DNA of 63,797 nt, the filler included, from Paramecium tetraurelia (Eukaryota): NCBI GenBank assembly GCA_000165425.1. It is 6 parts of 6 records of this genome, joined end to end, with 100 filler letters (N's around TTAATTAATTAA, not from the genome) between each part and the next. Parts side by side here need not be neighbours in the genome. Positions count along the whole stretch, not along the records: positions 1 to 18,903 come from CT868101.1; 5 more parts are not named here. One strand, given 5' to 3'. This document shows, in pieces, positions 1 through 12,777 of this stretch. The position numbers were made by a program, and so were the translations under genes. Under the pieces are notes generated by a model. The model ran no database searches. It saw only the letters and a program-made list of their open reading frames with translations, and was not told the DNA's origin. How positions within the stretch are numbered: the stretch's first letter is position 1; each line of letters opens with the position of its first letter.

Positions 1-2691
1 TTCTTGCCCATTATTTTGTAAATAATGTAAATTTGGTTAATGTTTCTAATGCCAGTCAAATTATAATTTAATTGATCAAACTTGTAAAGAAACAAATCAA
101 ATCTAAGGTTAAAAATCATAAGACAAATTTTCAATTTAGATTTCTAAATTTTTAGATTATGGCAAGAACAAAAAATGAAATAATAAAAAACGTTTCTACT
201 GTATTATCACAAATTATTAAATGATTAATTTGCTAATCCTTTACCAATCTATAATTTTGATTGTAATTTGTAAACGCATGATATATTTGGATATTATTAT
301 CATCAATATGAAACAAAATTAGTATAAAATTGTTTATTTAGTCAAATGGATATATGCCTGGAATGCGAAAACTTTTATAAGTTATCTTGGAATAAGAAAG
401 CATGTATTCCTAAATGAGAGGATGGAATTACAGTTCAATATGAGTTTTGCGATGATTAGAATAATATATAATTTGATGGATGTTATAAATGCTAAACAAG
501 TTGCTAATTAGAATGTAAATAATGTATAGAATAATAATGCTATGAATGTATTGATGGATGGTAAATTATAGATAATAAATGTTATCAAATTTGTGGAGAT
601 GGTTTACTAGCTATTTCTTCTCAAGAATAATGCGACGATGGAAACTATAATCCTAATGATGGATGTTATGATTGTAAATTTATATGCGATTAAAACTGTT
701 TCTAATGTTCTACTTCTAATCTTTGTTTTTTATGTTTTGAAAATTTCGAAATGGATGAGAATAATTTATGTAAACCAATATGTGGTGATGGAATCATTGT
801 GTAAGGATTAGAGGAATGTGAAGATTTTAATGATATTCCATATGATGGTTGTTATTTATGTATGTTTTAATGTGAAGTTAATTGTTCTAAATGTTTGTAA
901 GGTATTTGTTAAGAATGTGATGCAGGATATGATTTACTCGTAGAAGGATGCAAAAAAATAATCATTGCTATAGAAATTGATGATTTAGAATAATATAATA
1001 AAACTTTATCATGTGGAAATGGAAAATTATCAAATTCAGAATAGTGTGATGATGGAAGTCAAGAAAATTATGATGGTTGTTCAAGTGGTTGTGATATAGA
1101 GGAGCATTGGATTTGTGATTTAGAATAACCAAGTTCATGCTTTTTAGAAACTAAATTTGACTTGATCTACTTAAAATCAAACAGCAAGGACATTAATTTG
1201 TGATATTGTAGTTTTCTAATCAAGTTAAATAGAGTTTGAAATCTAATTTTACTGAATCAATTTTATCATAGATAATCAATTTAAGTCAAGATTAATATCA
1301 AATAACTATAAATTCAATAGTGGAAGTTGAGGAGACTTAGTTTGCCATGGCAGAATATGAATTTGATATCTTATTTTTAAATCCGATTTCGATTTTACCA
1401 AATTTAACAATTTCAAATAAATCAAAATTAATTGATAGCAATAATATGACAGTAGATGTTTCAACTTAGACAATTTTACTTTAACAGCCTAAAATTTTAA
1501 ATTAGGACTAAATTAATGCTGCGAATAAATTTTAAGCCCTTGGGAATGCATTAATTATAGGCTTAGGAGCTATAAGTGTACTTATGTTATTTTTTGGAGA
1601 TCCATCATAAAGTTTAGAAATTTTTGACACTTTATAATTCTAATCATATTTTAAATTCATAAATTTTACTTACACTTAAAACCTCTAAATATATTTACCC
1701 TCATCTGATATTGTATCAGTTAATCCAATTTTGATAACCTTTAAAATAAGAGATGCTTTTCACACAATAATTGAAGATAACTTTATTAAAAGCATAGGTG
1801 AATTATAAGAATATTAAATTAATGCTGACCTATTGATAAATGTCTAGAGCTAAATATCCTAAATTAGCTTAATTTTTTTCCTGTATATCTTTTTATCATT
1901 CTATAGAAGATTATTTTACAAATATTGTTTTACTTCAAAAATTTTTTATTTTATTAGTTCTAGACGATCCAGAATTGTAAATATTTTAGGAATTTAATTA
2001 TATAAATTTAATATAAAATTCATCAATCTAAGAAACCTCTATACTATGAAAGGATTGAGGCAGATCTGCTACGCAAATGCTTGGGATTTGCTTTTTAAAG
2101 TTATTCTATTTATGACGTCGAACAATTAGTCAGGATATAGATCAATAATCTCTTGCTTTATTAGTTTTGGAATTTTGAGTTTATTTACGGTGTTCTTATG
2201 TTTGCATTTCAAAGGATTAGATAAAACTCTTGATATTTCCGAATTGAGAAATGAACAACACGAAGGTGTATGTTTATTGAAAAAACTATTATTCATCTTG
2301 ATATTAATTAATTTACAAGACAGTGACATCTTTTAATGTGCTACGATAACTATTTTGATTTTCTCCCTATATTGGATTCTTATTCATGATATAATAAAAT
2401 ATCTCAAAGATAGAATTAATTGGCCTAATTTGGATGGAGACCCCAGTAATGCTTTTTATATTTATAAGTTTAATGTATTGTTCTGATTTTTCCAATTATT
2501 TCTCAAATGATATTCAAATTTTGTTAGCCTTTGGATAAATTGGAGTTTTGATTCTTGGGTTATTAGGACCTCTTATTAAACTTGGAATTAAACTCCACAA
2601 AGACCTATAATAATATTTTCAAAGGAAGTAACGTAAGACTCTTGTCAAATTCTAAATTAACTCGCTTTTAGGATTTGAGCAAGTAATATGA
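1..2691 (+). pseudogene. Cys-rich CGDG-repeat (Myxococcus Cys-rich/DUF4215-like) multi-pass membrane protein, 5'-truncated; disrupted or error-containing
   Basis: Ciliate-code translation gives ICGDGLLAISSQEQCDDGNYNPNDGCYDC, PICGDGIIVQGLEECEDFNDIPYDGC and SCGNGKLSNSEQCDDG, then several hydrophobic segments (e.g. ALIIGLGAISVLMLFFG), ending at TGA 2689-2691. There is an in-frame TGA at 415-417 where a Cys is expected, and frameshifts near 175, 1175 and 2366. Confidence 0.75.
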
Positions 2692-3399
2692 ATTTATGTT
2701 TGGAAGAATTATTTTATATAATATCATGTTTTAATATAAGGATTAAACTAACTATATTTATATGAAAAATATTCTCATTTTTCTAAAAGTTTATATTCTT
2801 GTAATATAAATGAATTTAAAAATGATAAACTGTTTAAGCCAAAGATCATCGTCTGATTTAGGAGATTTAAATTTTGTAAGGCATTATTTATACTCTTGAG
2901 CTTTCAAATTCAGCGTAATGCTTCCGAATAAAGTGTAGTTTAATTAAATTTAAAAAACTACAGAGATTTCTGATTGCTTAACTTATTTCTTAGGTTTTAA
3001 AAAGGAGCAAAATTTCTACTTTATTTTTGTTAGTCAACTAAGACACAATTTGACAAGAATATCAAAATTACCCTTTTAAAGACATTTCTTTTGTGTATGT
3101 ATATCTTACTGAAATTTCGGTTTTCTATTGTGATATTTTTGCGATAATCCTAATCCTATTAAAACTGATTTTAAATTAAATATTTATATCTTCCAAATCT
3201 AAAATGGTGATTATTATTATCATTTTTATAATATCGAATACCAAACATAATCATAATCTTCTCTGTCCAAATAATAAAGGAATTTAGGAAGATTCTTCAA
3301 ATAACTATTATGACAATTTTTTGTATTATTTGTAAACAACTATTGTAAGAAATTTTAAAACAAAAAATAAATTTAATAGTTCATTCAAAATCAGACCAA

Positions 3400-4175
3400 A
3401 TGCATAATTAAGGAATTGCTTGTTTTATTTACTTCTAAAGTTTGGCTGTAATAAAAAGGAAGCATTTTTTAAGAAAGACATTCGACTTTTTTCTATTGAG
3501 TCAACCTGCACATCATATTGAAATTCAAAGATATTAATCAAGTTAATGAAGAATCTGAAAGTCTGTTAATAAAGTTTTTGTTTGTTGTCAAAGAATGAAT
3601 TATAATTTCATATTATCTAAGTTGAATTATCACACTTTATACACATATTAATCAATCAATCCAAAAGAAATTAAATTATAAGAACTCTCATTTATTTGAG
3701 AATAAATTTAGATTTGTGGTTTCAATTTCTATGTTTCTAATGACAAAATTATGGGCGGAATTAATTCGGCATAAGGGATCAGTCTGAAGCCAATAAGAAG
3801 GAGAACTAAGTTAATACTAATGAAGGATAAAAGCATCTAACCATATTTCTACCTACATTTTATTTGGGACACAGAGTGTGTGCTGTTTGCTACGACAGAA
3901 TTTAGGGAGATTATTTAAAAAATATTCATAAAATGATAAATGCACAAGCGAATGCTTATACCTTAAGGATGGATCGATAATTTGAAAAATGCCAAACATA
4001 GGAACCATATCATATTCAAATGATATAGTAATAATTGCTAATTAAGAATTGATCGAAGCATGGACGAAAATCATCATTAAACAGGTATTAGTACAAAGAT
4101 CAAAAGTTAATCACAAATACTCTAATTGAATTTTGTTAAATTAAATGATTTAGTATATAGAATAATCTAATCTTC
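3400..4175 (+). mobile_element. Highly degenerate non-LTR (LINE-like) reverse transcriptase remnant
   Basis: Motif-like fragments occur in RT order across frameshifts: KDIRLFSIES (~3474, cf. RPIS), ENKFRFV (~3698, cf. QxGF), IPQG (3958-3969), IDNL, and ISYSNDIVIIA (4007-4039, cf. YADDIVI). Confidence 0.5.
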
Positions 4176-4520
4176 NNNNNNNNNNNNNNNNNNNNNNNNN
4201 NNNNNNNNNNNNNNNNNNNNNNNNNNNNNNNNNNNNNNNNNNNNNNNNNNNNNNNNNNNNNNNNNNNNNNNNNNNNNNNNNNNNNNNNNNNNNNNNNNNN
4301 NNNNNNNNNNNNNNNNNNNNNNNNNNNNNNNNNNNNNNNNNNNNNNNNNNNNNNNNNNNNNNNNNNNNNNNNNNNNNNNNNNNNNNNNNNNNNNNNNNNN
4401 NNNNNNNNNNNNNNNNNNNNNNNNNNNNNNNNNNNNNNNNNNNNNNNNNNNNNNNNNNNNNNNNNNNNNNNNNNNNNNNNNNNNNNNNNNNNNNNNNNNN
4501 NNNNNNNNNNNNNNNNNNNN
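4176..4520. other. Assembly gap (N run)
   Basis: Run of N. Other internal N gaps lie at 9792-9941, 16271-17227 and 39511-39841. Confidence 0.99.
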
Positions 4521-5859
4521 CATAGATTGTGATGATGTAAGTAGTAAAGGAGTGAACTGAAGGAAGAGAAGAATGATGATACATGCATCTGGTCTAAAGG
4601 TGAAATGCCCAATTGCTACAAGCTGATGTTGATAGTATCATGGAAATTATAGTTAACATCCAGGTTGTGAGAATGATCGACATAATAATATTAGGATAGA
4701 TTTGCACAGAGAGATTAAGTCTGACGAAGGAAAGAGATTAAGCTGGATTTAATAAATGAATTCTAATGTAGAATCAGAATTGAATTAAAGATAGGGTCAG
4801 CGTAAAAATCAAACCTATTTTCTCATATTCCTTCGAAGTGGTTAAGCCTGGATGATAGGTAGAAGACTATCTCAGAGCACGAGGCGCGTAATTTCGGTAT
4901 GGAATCCCAGGGTTCAAATAAATTTATCCTAGAATTAATAAGAACTATCCTCCAATGATATAAAACCTTTTCGTTTATTATTACTCAACATTCACGGTAT
5001 ATTACCTCAACTAAATATGTTGAAATGAGTATATTATAGATATCGCCAATCTCAAATAGTTGAATTTTTTGATTTATCGTAAAGTGCATTGACCTCCTAG
5101 AACAAAAACACAGATAACATCTTGCAATATTTTAAATGGATTATTCTGCATTTTTCATAAAATCAAAATGTTGAGATTTAGCGTTGTTAAATTCGAATTC
5201 AATTTTTAGAATCCTTATAGTAGAATCACTTTTTGTAGTTTAAATAGAGTCATGGTTGTATTATCTTTTTATTCATGTTAGTAACTCCAATAATTAGATA
5301 TCAATAATAATTAGAATTATTATATATGAATTAAAAATAGAAAATTAATTGATATTTAAGCATGATATGATATCTTTCATACTATGCAATCTATCTTAAG
5401 TCAATACTAAATTCATCTCTCTTTGCTTAAAAAGGTAATAATGAAAAAATTATCTATCTACAATGGAATTATTATTTTAAATAACCTAAAAAATTTTGAT
5501 TTAATTGATATTTGATTATCCCTTAGTTTTGATATAATTATTGATCAGAATTTTATTTAGAAGTCAAATCTTTGTATGCATTTTAAATTGTAATGATTTG
5601 GTCGTGAATTTATTCTAAAAGCTTTTATTTAATAAATATTTAAATACATATTAATTTAACCCTGAATAATAAAACAAGAGCAGTATTATATTTTAAAAAA
5701 TATTCATTTTTCCTTGTATCTAGAATTTGAATTTCATCTTGACCAACTACCCCAAGTAGTTAGGAAGTTTTAGTCATCCCTAAATGCCATAACTTTTAAA
5801 TTAAATTAACTACTCCATCAAACATTATTTTAGGCATGATTTAAATTTCAAGATCAATT

Positions 5860-6190
5860 TATTTAACTTATGAAGAGGCGATGATTTTTTACGATAAATA
5901 ATTAATAATAATCCAAATAATTGATAATTTTAAAGAAACAAGTTTTGAATATTTAAATGAAAGAAGAAATATAAAATTTATTTTATTGACTATTTAGATC
6001 ATTTCTTTAAAAATATGAAGAAGTCTTAGATAAAATAGAAGTTCTATATTAATTATTGTATAATATTGTTATTTGAAAAGGCACTTAAGTATCTAAATGC
6101 GTATCTTAAACTAATAAAAATCATGTAAAACCAAAGTTATACCTTATCTATTACTTCAAAGGATTAATCCTAAGTGAATTAGAGGGATAA
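5860..6190 (+). pseudogene. Degenerate TPR-repeat remnant
   Basis: Fragments TYEEAMIFYDK, KYEEVLDKIE, FEKALKYLNAYLKL and YFKGLILSELE fall in shifting frames and resemble TPR helices. Confidence 0.4.
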
Positions 6191-9039
6191 TGGATTACAT
6201 GAAAAAAATAATATTTTTGGAAATAAATCGTTTTCATAAATTAAAAATTATTCATTAAAATTTTAAGCCTAGTTTGAGCAATATAATAATTGAAAATATT
6301 CATAAGAAAATTTAGGACATAATTTAGATTTGCAAATTCTAAGCGATAAGAAATACAAATAATTTTTTGCTATCTAAAAACCATACCAATAAACTTAGAG
6401 TTTGTTGTTAATATTGATGTTTAATAATAGAGATTGGAAGTTCATGATATCATTTTGATTATTTTTATTAATACTCTTTGAATAATTTTGATCAAGCAAC
6501 AATCAATTTTGATATAGACCTTTAAATATTCTGTAGAACGCGATTCTAACAGCAAATAAAATAGTGATCATTTTTTTTTAGGTAATTATTAATGACCAAT
6601 TCTCATTTTTCTTTTTGAAAATTGTTGACTTAAATTAGGTGAATAGAAGCAAAATTATATTGTTTAGAAATTAATTATTCAATAGATTCCTCTTCAAAAA
6701 GGCCTTTATAGTTCCTTTAATACGATTGGTTTTTGTTTTATCAAATTTTATTTGAAGACGATCAAAAAACAGAAATTTTACCAATAAAAAATCTATTAGT
6801 TTTTAAATATAATATCATGTTCAAAAGGGCTATTTAAAAGAGCTCTAGACAATGTCGTCGACAATTAGCACATCGCTGGATAGTAATCAACAAATGTGCA
6901 GATGATAAAATTCTTGAAAGTTCTTCTTGGGAAGTTCAAACCTACTGGTCTCACAGCCAACTGAGAGGTTATGTAAAAAAATATAGTTGAATGCTTGCTA
7001 GATGAGAAGTCATAACTTGTCCCCAGAGAATATCTGCAAGAACTTGTTTAGAAACATGAAATTCTATATATAAAAGATGGTAAATGGGCCAAATAAAAGT
7101 CCTTGAAATCCCCTTAATAATCAACTCCAAGATTGAAGATAACAGAAAAGAAAGATGGATCAATTTTTTAAATGAGGACTTTATAAATCATCTAAAATGA
7201 CAACAATGCCCAATTCGATTTTGGCATTTATTAGCTTTATGCCAATTTAAAAACCTGCTCTAAGATGAATTTATATGTCACATCGTCATCCGCAGTGACA
7301 GAGAGTTCCCACAGAAGATGCTGTTTGAAGAAGAATTCTTAAGAAATATCAACCTGGGAATAAATAATTCGTGGATCAAGCAATCGCTAGGATAATAAAT
7401 TATAATACTTACTGGATGTATAGTATTATGTTTCCTGATGCTGACTTAGAAAGTAAACTTATTATGGAAATAGGATGGGGATGCTCTACTAAAATTAAAA
7501 TCAATTGTTTGGATATTTGAAAAGAGGAATGTATAAATAATTTATAGGTTCTTATTCCCTATCATCTTGATGTATACATGGACAGATAATGGAGCTTTCA
7601 TTTTACATGACATCTGAACCAAATCCCGATAGAAAGATTCCTTAGGACATTATTGCAATCTTGCGGGTATTTATTTAGCTTTTTTCCCAAATTCAAAACA
7701 TAATAAAAGGGATCAAAATTTGTTGATTAAAAGTCATAACAAAAATTAATCCTCTATCAAATAGATTGTATCACCATCAAAAGAATAAAGGAAAAATGAA
7801 AAACTTTTGTAAGCAAGAAACGCATTTATTAATTGCATAATAAAATTTTAAAGATTTAGTTTCAATTTTATAATTTTTAATACAATCCATTCTCTAAACC
7901 CTTTAGGCTTTATTGTTTTTCTTCATTAACTATAATATAAGAATTAGATTACATCAAACTTACGTGTTAGTATCATACAATGGTCCCCTGCTTAGTAGCA
8001 GAAATTGTAATGATTCTCAATTTTGTAAACGTTTCACAAGTAAATGAACAAAATGTCTTCGATTCTCTCAAACAGCAATGGTGTAGCAACAGCAGATTGT
8101 TAGTCGAGATTGTCTTAAGACTCTCAAGCAGATCTTAGTCGAAGCAGTTTTTCGAATTGGGGGATAGAAAGGAAGCTAATTCACTCACTCCTCAATCTAT
8201 CCAGCTAACCCTCAAGATATAGCTAATTTATCAATTTCTGTTAAGGCGTAAAGGAAAAAAAAAAGGGACCCTCAAATGGAGGATGTAAAAAGATAAATAT
8301 CAATTCTATAGATTGTTAAATAGCGTAGAGTACAGTCACATAAATATGAAAACGGATAATTCTCTAAATTGCCAATTTATTGTAATCATAAAGATGAAAT
8401 TTGTATAGGAAATCAGAAGGAGGATATAAACTAGCAACTGAAATATTGTATGAGATTATGAAATACCTAGTTGGAATGCAAAGTAAATAATAATAATACA
8501 TATTATAACAACCTAACTCTACAAATAAATTCTGAAATACAGTATATCAGTCGACATGGAAATGAGACATTAAAATTAATGACACTTTTATAGAGAAACT
8601 AACTGTTACACCTGAGGCTAAAATTTAATTCATAGTATCCTCTGATCTAAATATATATATAATACATATAGTATTTGATTATTCTCTTTTAGTTAGATGT
8701 GATAATAATTAATCCTTATAAATGATATTCACAGAATGGTAATGCTAAAGAAAAAAATTTGAGAATGGGTCTGAGCTTTCCTAACCTCATTTAGAGTGTA
8801 TAAGATTCCTTTCTACTAATTGGATATAATTTTCAAAATTCTTTATTTTAAATCTTATAACAGGAATGAATAAAATAGGTTAAAATAATGCAAAGGATAG
8901 AACTTCTGATTTATTGATTTTTTAATTTATAAACAAAGGTTTCAAATTTCAACAAAAAAAATCAAACTTTTAATAACCCATAAATAGAAACAATTTATCT
9001 GGTCATGAACCGCTAAATTTAGAGATCACCATCAAGAGT

Positions 9040-9560
9040 ATTGACTAAATGCTATGTCGATTAAGATCAACTCCAAGGATACTCAGTCATTTCTTCAATA
9101 TTTCCAAAAGATTTTCATATTCACTTTTATTCTCAGTTGGTGAATATCCCAAACCAAAATTTATAAGTTCCTAACGACTATTATCAATGAATTTGGAGTT
9201 TCCAATTCCTCTCTTTCTCTTACATCTAATCTATCTTGCTATTCTTACTATTTCAATCTTCAATTATTTCCCCTTTCTTTCCTTAAAGAACCATCTATAT
9301 CCAGCTCCATAACCTCCATCTCTGATATCTATGCTCCCTTCTTAAAATATCCAAATATTTGTCTTAAGTTCCAAGATTACCTTTCATAGTTTAATAAGTC
9401 CTTAATTGTGTAAATTCCAACTCCTAATTAACAATTCGACATTTTCTTTGAGATTTTATTCTCAGCGTATCCCTCTAATTCCACCTTTATCGGGTTTCAT
9501 CAGGAGTCCTAAGATATCGATAATAATTAGCCTCACAATAAATCATAGGAAATTTTAATT
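9040..9560 (-). mobile_element. Degenerate APE-type endonuclease of a non-LTR retrotransposon
   Basis: The minus strand gives DILGL-DETR (9518-9491), ELEGY...LGVGIY, GLGYSPTE (~9150-9135) and ILGVDLNRHS (9080-9052). These match the ordered APE motifs DIxxLxET, GVxI, YxP and GDFN, with stops and frameshifts. Confidence 0.6.
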
Positions 9561-11229
9561 TTTTTAGTTCTTTCAGATTTCTCAAATAATATTTTAGTGA
9601 GTAAAATATTATTGTAGAATTTGCATTTTATAAAGAAGAATAATTAGTAGTAATCCTTATACCAATCTTTAATGATATTTTTGGAGAACACTCACTAAAT
9701 TTACTTAATCAATTTCCCAAAAACATCCTTCTAATAGTCCCATAATTATTTATCCTGTATTAATTTCTTTTCCATTTAATTCAGCTTTTTCNNNNNNNNN
9801 NNNNNNNNNNNNNNNNNNNNNNNNNNNNNNNNNNNNNNNNNNNNNNNNNNNNNNNNNNNNNNNNNNNNNNNNNNNNNNNNNNNNNNNNNNNNNNNNNNNN
9901 NNNNNNNNNNNNNNNNNNNNNNNNNNNNNNNNNNNNNNNNNTTCTAAGATTGTTAATTGAAATTATTGGAATGTGTTGTACTGTGGGTTTGGCTTTTCAA
10001 CTATTTTTTTTGGGAATATAAATTTATCGTAATTTCTTATTTGTTGCTTAATAATTTTCTATAAAAATGACTCATTTTCGGTATAAATAATGATGGTAGC
10101 TTCAGCTAGTTAAAATAATTAATTGCGTAAGGTCTAAAAACGCTTACCATTCTTAATAGTAATTCAAATTGTCATTTTTATTCATTAAATATAATTATTA
10201 TCTTTGATTAATTTAGATGAATTTTGTTAGAGTTCTGATAATTATTTGATTTTTTCGAATTAATTTATTTATTATTAGACTTCAATTAATTCTTATTTCT
10301 CTTTTTAAATTGGGATTGTGTTAGTTTTTTTTAATGAATCATCAACAAATTTGTTTATAGCATTTTCACTATTTTTTAAGATGTTTTCTTTCGATTTCTA
10401 AAGCAATATTATATTCATATTTTTATCCACTAAAAAGCTTTATTCGAATTTCATAAGTAAATTTCATCTCTTTCTTAATATATATTTCATTACGATTTAA
10501 CTTATTGATTTACTAGACAGCCGCATCCACTTTACTTTGTTCTTTTCAAACTATTAAGAGTTAGTATATACGAGAATTTAAATGAGTTTGTACAAAACAG
10601 ATAATAAATAATCTTATAACTAAATAATAATTAATATTTATATAACAATCTAAACTTGATCCTTATCTATACTGCTAAAAGACTTTGATGAAATTCTTAA
10701 ACTTCAGATATCAAATTATTGCATAAACAATAATTAATGCTTCGTTTATGCATATTCATTTGACAATAAAATTTGAAGAATGTAATGTGAATAAACAGTT
10801 TTTAACGATGAAAATTCTGAAGTTTTGAAAGTATATATTTCAAAAATATCAAAAAAGGATAAAATTGAATTATTTGGGTAAAATACTTTATTGATAAGAG
10901 CTAATAATAAAGTTACAAATACATGTTCCTAATAATTACATTAAATTAAAATAGTATCTGTCTATTCTTTTAGCTAGTTGGACACTTGAATAAAAATTAA
11001 AAAAAATAACTTTTCATATTTAAATTAGGATCATAACTAATTTTGGAAAATTATTTCAATAAAAAAGAATAAATTATCTAATAAAAAATAAATTTCCTTG
11101 ACAAGATAAATTATAAAAATATAGAATTTAGCTTATTTTAAGTGAAATTCTAAAACATTATATAAGAACTGTACTTAATTTTGAGAATTTCAAATATATT
11201 TCTAATGATATTCCTTATTTAGACATCTA

Positions 11230-11550
11230 CTTCATAGTTGATTTCATTGCCAATTACTATCCCCTCTTTAATTGCATATTTCATTTGTCTATTCATCTCC
11301 TATATTATCTTCTATTTATTGTTCTGTTCATCGTTTGTATTTAATCGCTAATTTCATCGTCTGTTTTATCCCCTATTTCATCGAATATTTCACCCCAAAA
11401 TTCATCGCATCATCACTCCCCTATTTCATTTTCGATATATAGTCAATTTCATCCCCTATATCAGAGTCCATTAATGGCCTATTTCATTCTTTATATTTCA
11501 TCACCTATTTCATCTAGTACCATCCCCTATTTCATCTAAGATTTCATTGC
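11230..11550. repeat. Degenerate minisatellite built on a ~12-nt unit CCCTATTTCATC
   Basis: CCTATTTCAT recurs near 11372, 11420, 11479, 11504 and 11526, with further ATTTCATC variants between. Confidence 0.65.
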
Positions 11551-12777
11551 AATTAAAATAGGGGGTTCCTCAAATTTTTATTTTTTTGTAACCCCAACAA
11601 TATTACAGGCGAATAAGAGAGGAAGCGAAATGCAAGCCTTTGATCAAACCCATAAGGAATCCCTTTTTAATTGATATTGCTTTCTAAAGTATAAGCATCT
11701 TTATCAAAAGTCTACATTAAAATAATTTTTTCATTCAACTTTTTTTTTCTTAATGTTCCTTAAGAATCTGGAATCCAATATTTATTTTACTTAAATCATC
11801 TTTTCAAAAGCTTTTATAATCAAATAGTTGATTCAAGTACAATCAGAAAGTGTTTGAATCTTCGTATGTATCAAAAAATAAAAAATCTTTATCAGCTCAG
11901 GGTAGATTTGTCCCAGTCTAGATTCTCCTTTAAATTTCATAACTAAGACTGGGGAAAAACTATGGCTTTGATTTTTGCTAGCGATTGAAAGGGTAAAATT
12001 TTATCTATCAAACGATATTAAAAGGATTGTAGGACCAAATACCAAATCTAAAAGAAACATACAATTTCAAAAAGAGTTTTAAGGCAAACCTTTTAATAAT
12101 AATTGCAATTCCAAAAATTATTTTCTTAATAATCATAGAACATCTTTATTGCTAAAGGCTCATTTGATTTATTTAATACTTTGTTAAGTTACTGTTTTGC
12201 CTTTTTTCGAACTTTTAAGTATTCTTTATGCTCATATTTTGAGTTTTTGTGACAATAATACATTAGTTTTTAATTAAAAAAAATTGTGATTGTCCTTTGA
12301 GGTTTAAAATTCAAATGGGGTTTCTCTTCTTCGATACTAACATTCACAAATCTTTTTAGATTACTTTTGAATAAGTTCCTTGAATAATAATATTTATTAA
12401 TAAAATAAAAAAATGATATATTTTATTTAAAAATAAAGTTATTTTAGGAAAACATATATTTGCTAAATATCAATAATATCAGCATCTCTTTATGTATCTG
12501 TAAATAAGTGAATTAATTTTTTGGGTCGGGTTACAATTTAACATTCAATTTAAAAATATTCTCTAACCATACAATATTCTTAATTGGAGAGTTTTATAAC
12601 TTGAATTTTTGTAAAATTTAACTGCATATAGAGATTTATCAAATTTATATAAATTGGCTTCTTTGTCTATGCTTACTATAATGAATTTGACAATAAACTA
12701 TAATAATAATTGTTAAAGGACAAGTGATAATTTAAATCAAGAACTTAGTTTAAAACGAAATTCAAAATATTATAAAA

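Noticed and set aside
415..417. TGA recoding (Cys/Sec here, or Trp at 42604-42606)
   Set aside because: Both cases sit in frameshifted genes and are one substitution from TGY or TGG. Intact genes in the window end at TGA, and no SECIS was recognised.
10490..10545. Minus-strand GCG..SK resembling the GGGCGSSK start of Paramecium NACHT proteins
   Set aside because: The match is short and frameshifted, with no downstream family motifs.
11907..11959. Inverted repeat CCCAGTCT/AGACTGGG hairpin
   Set aside because: Only an 8-bp perfect stem with no recognisable RNA family or transposon-end features, so it may be chance.
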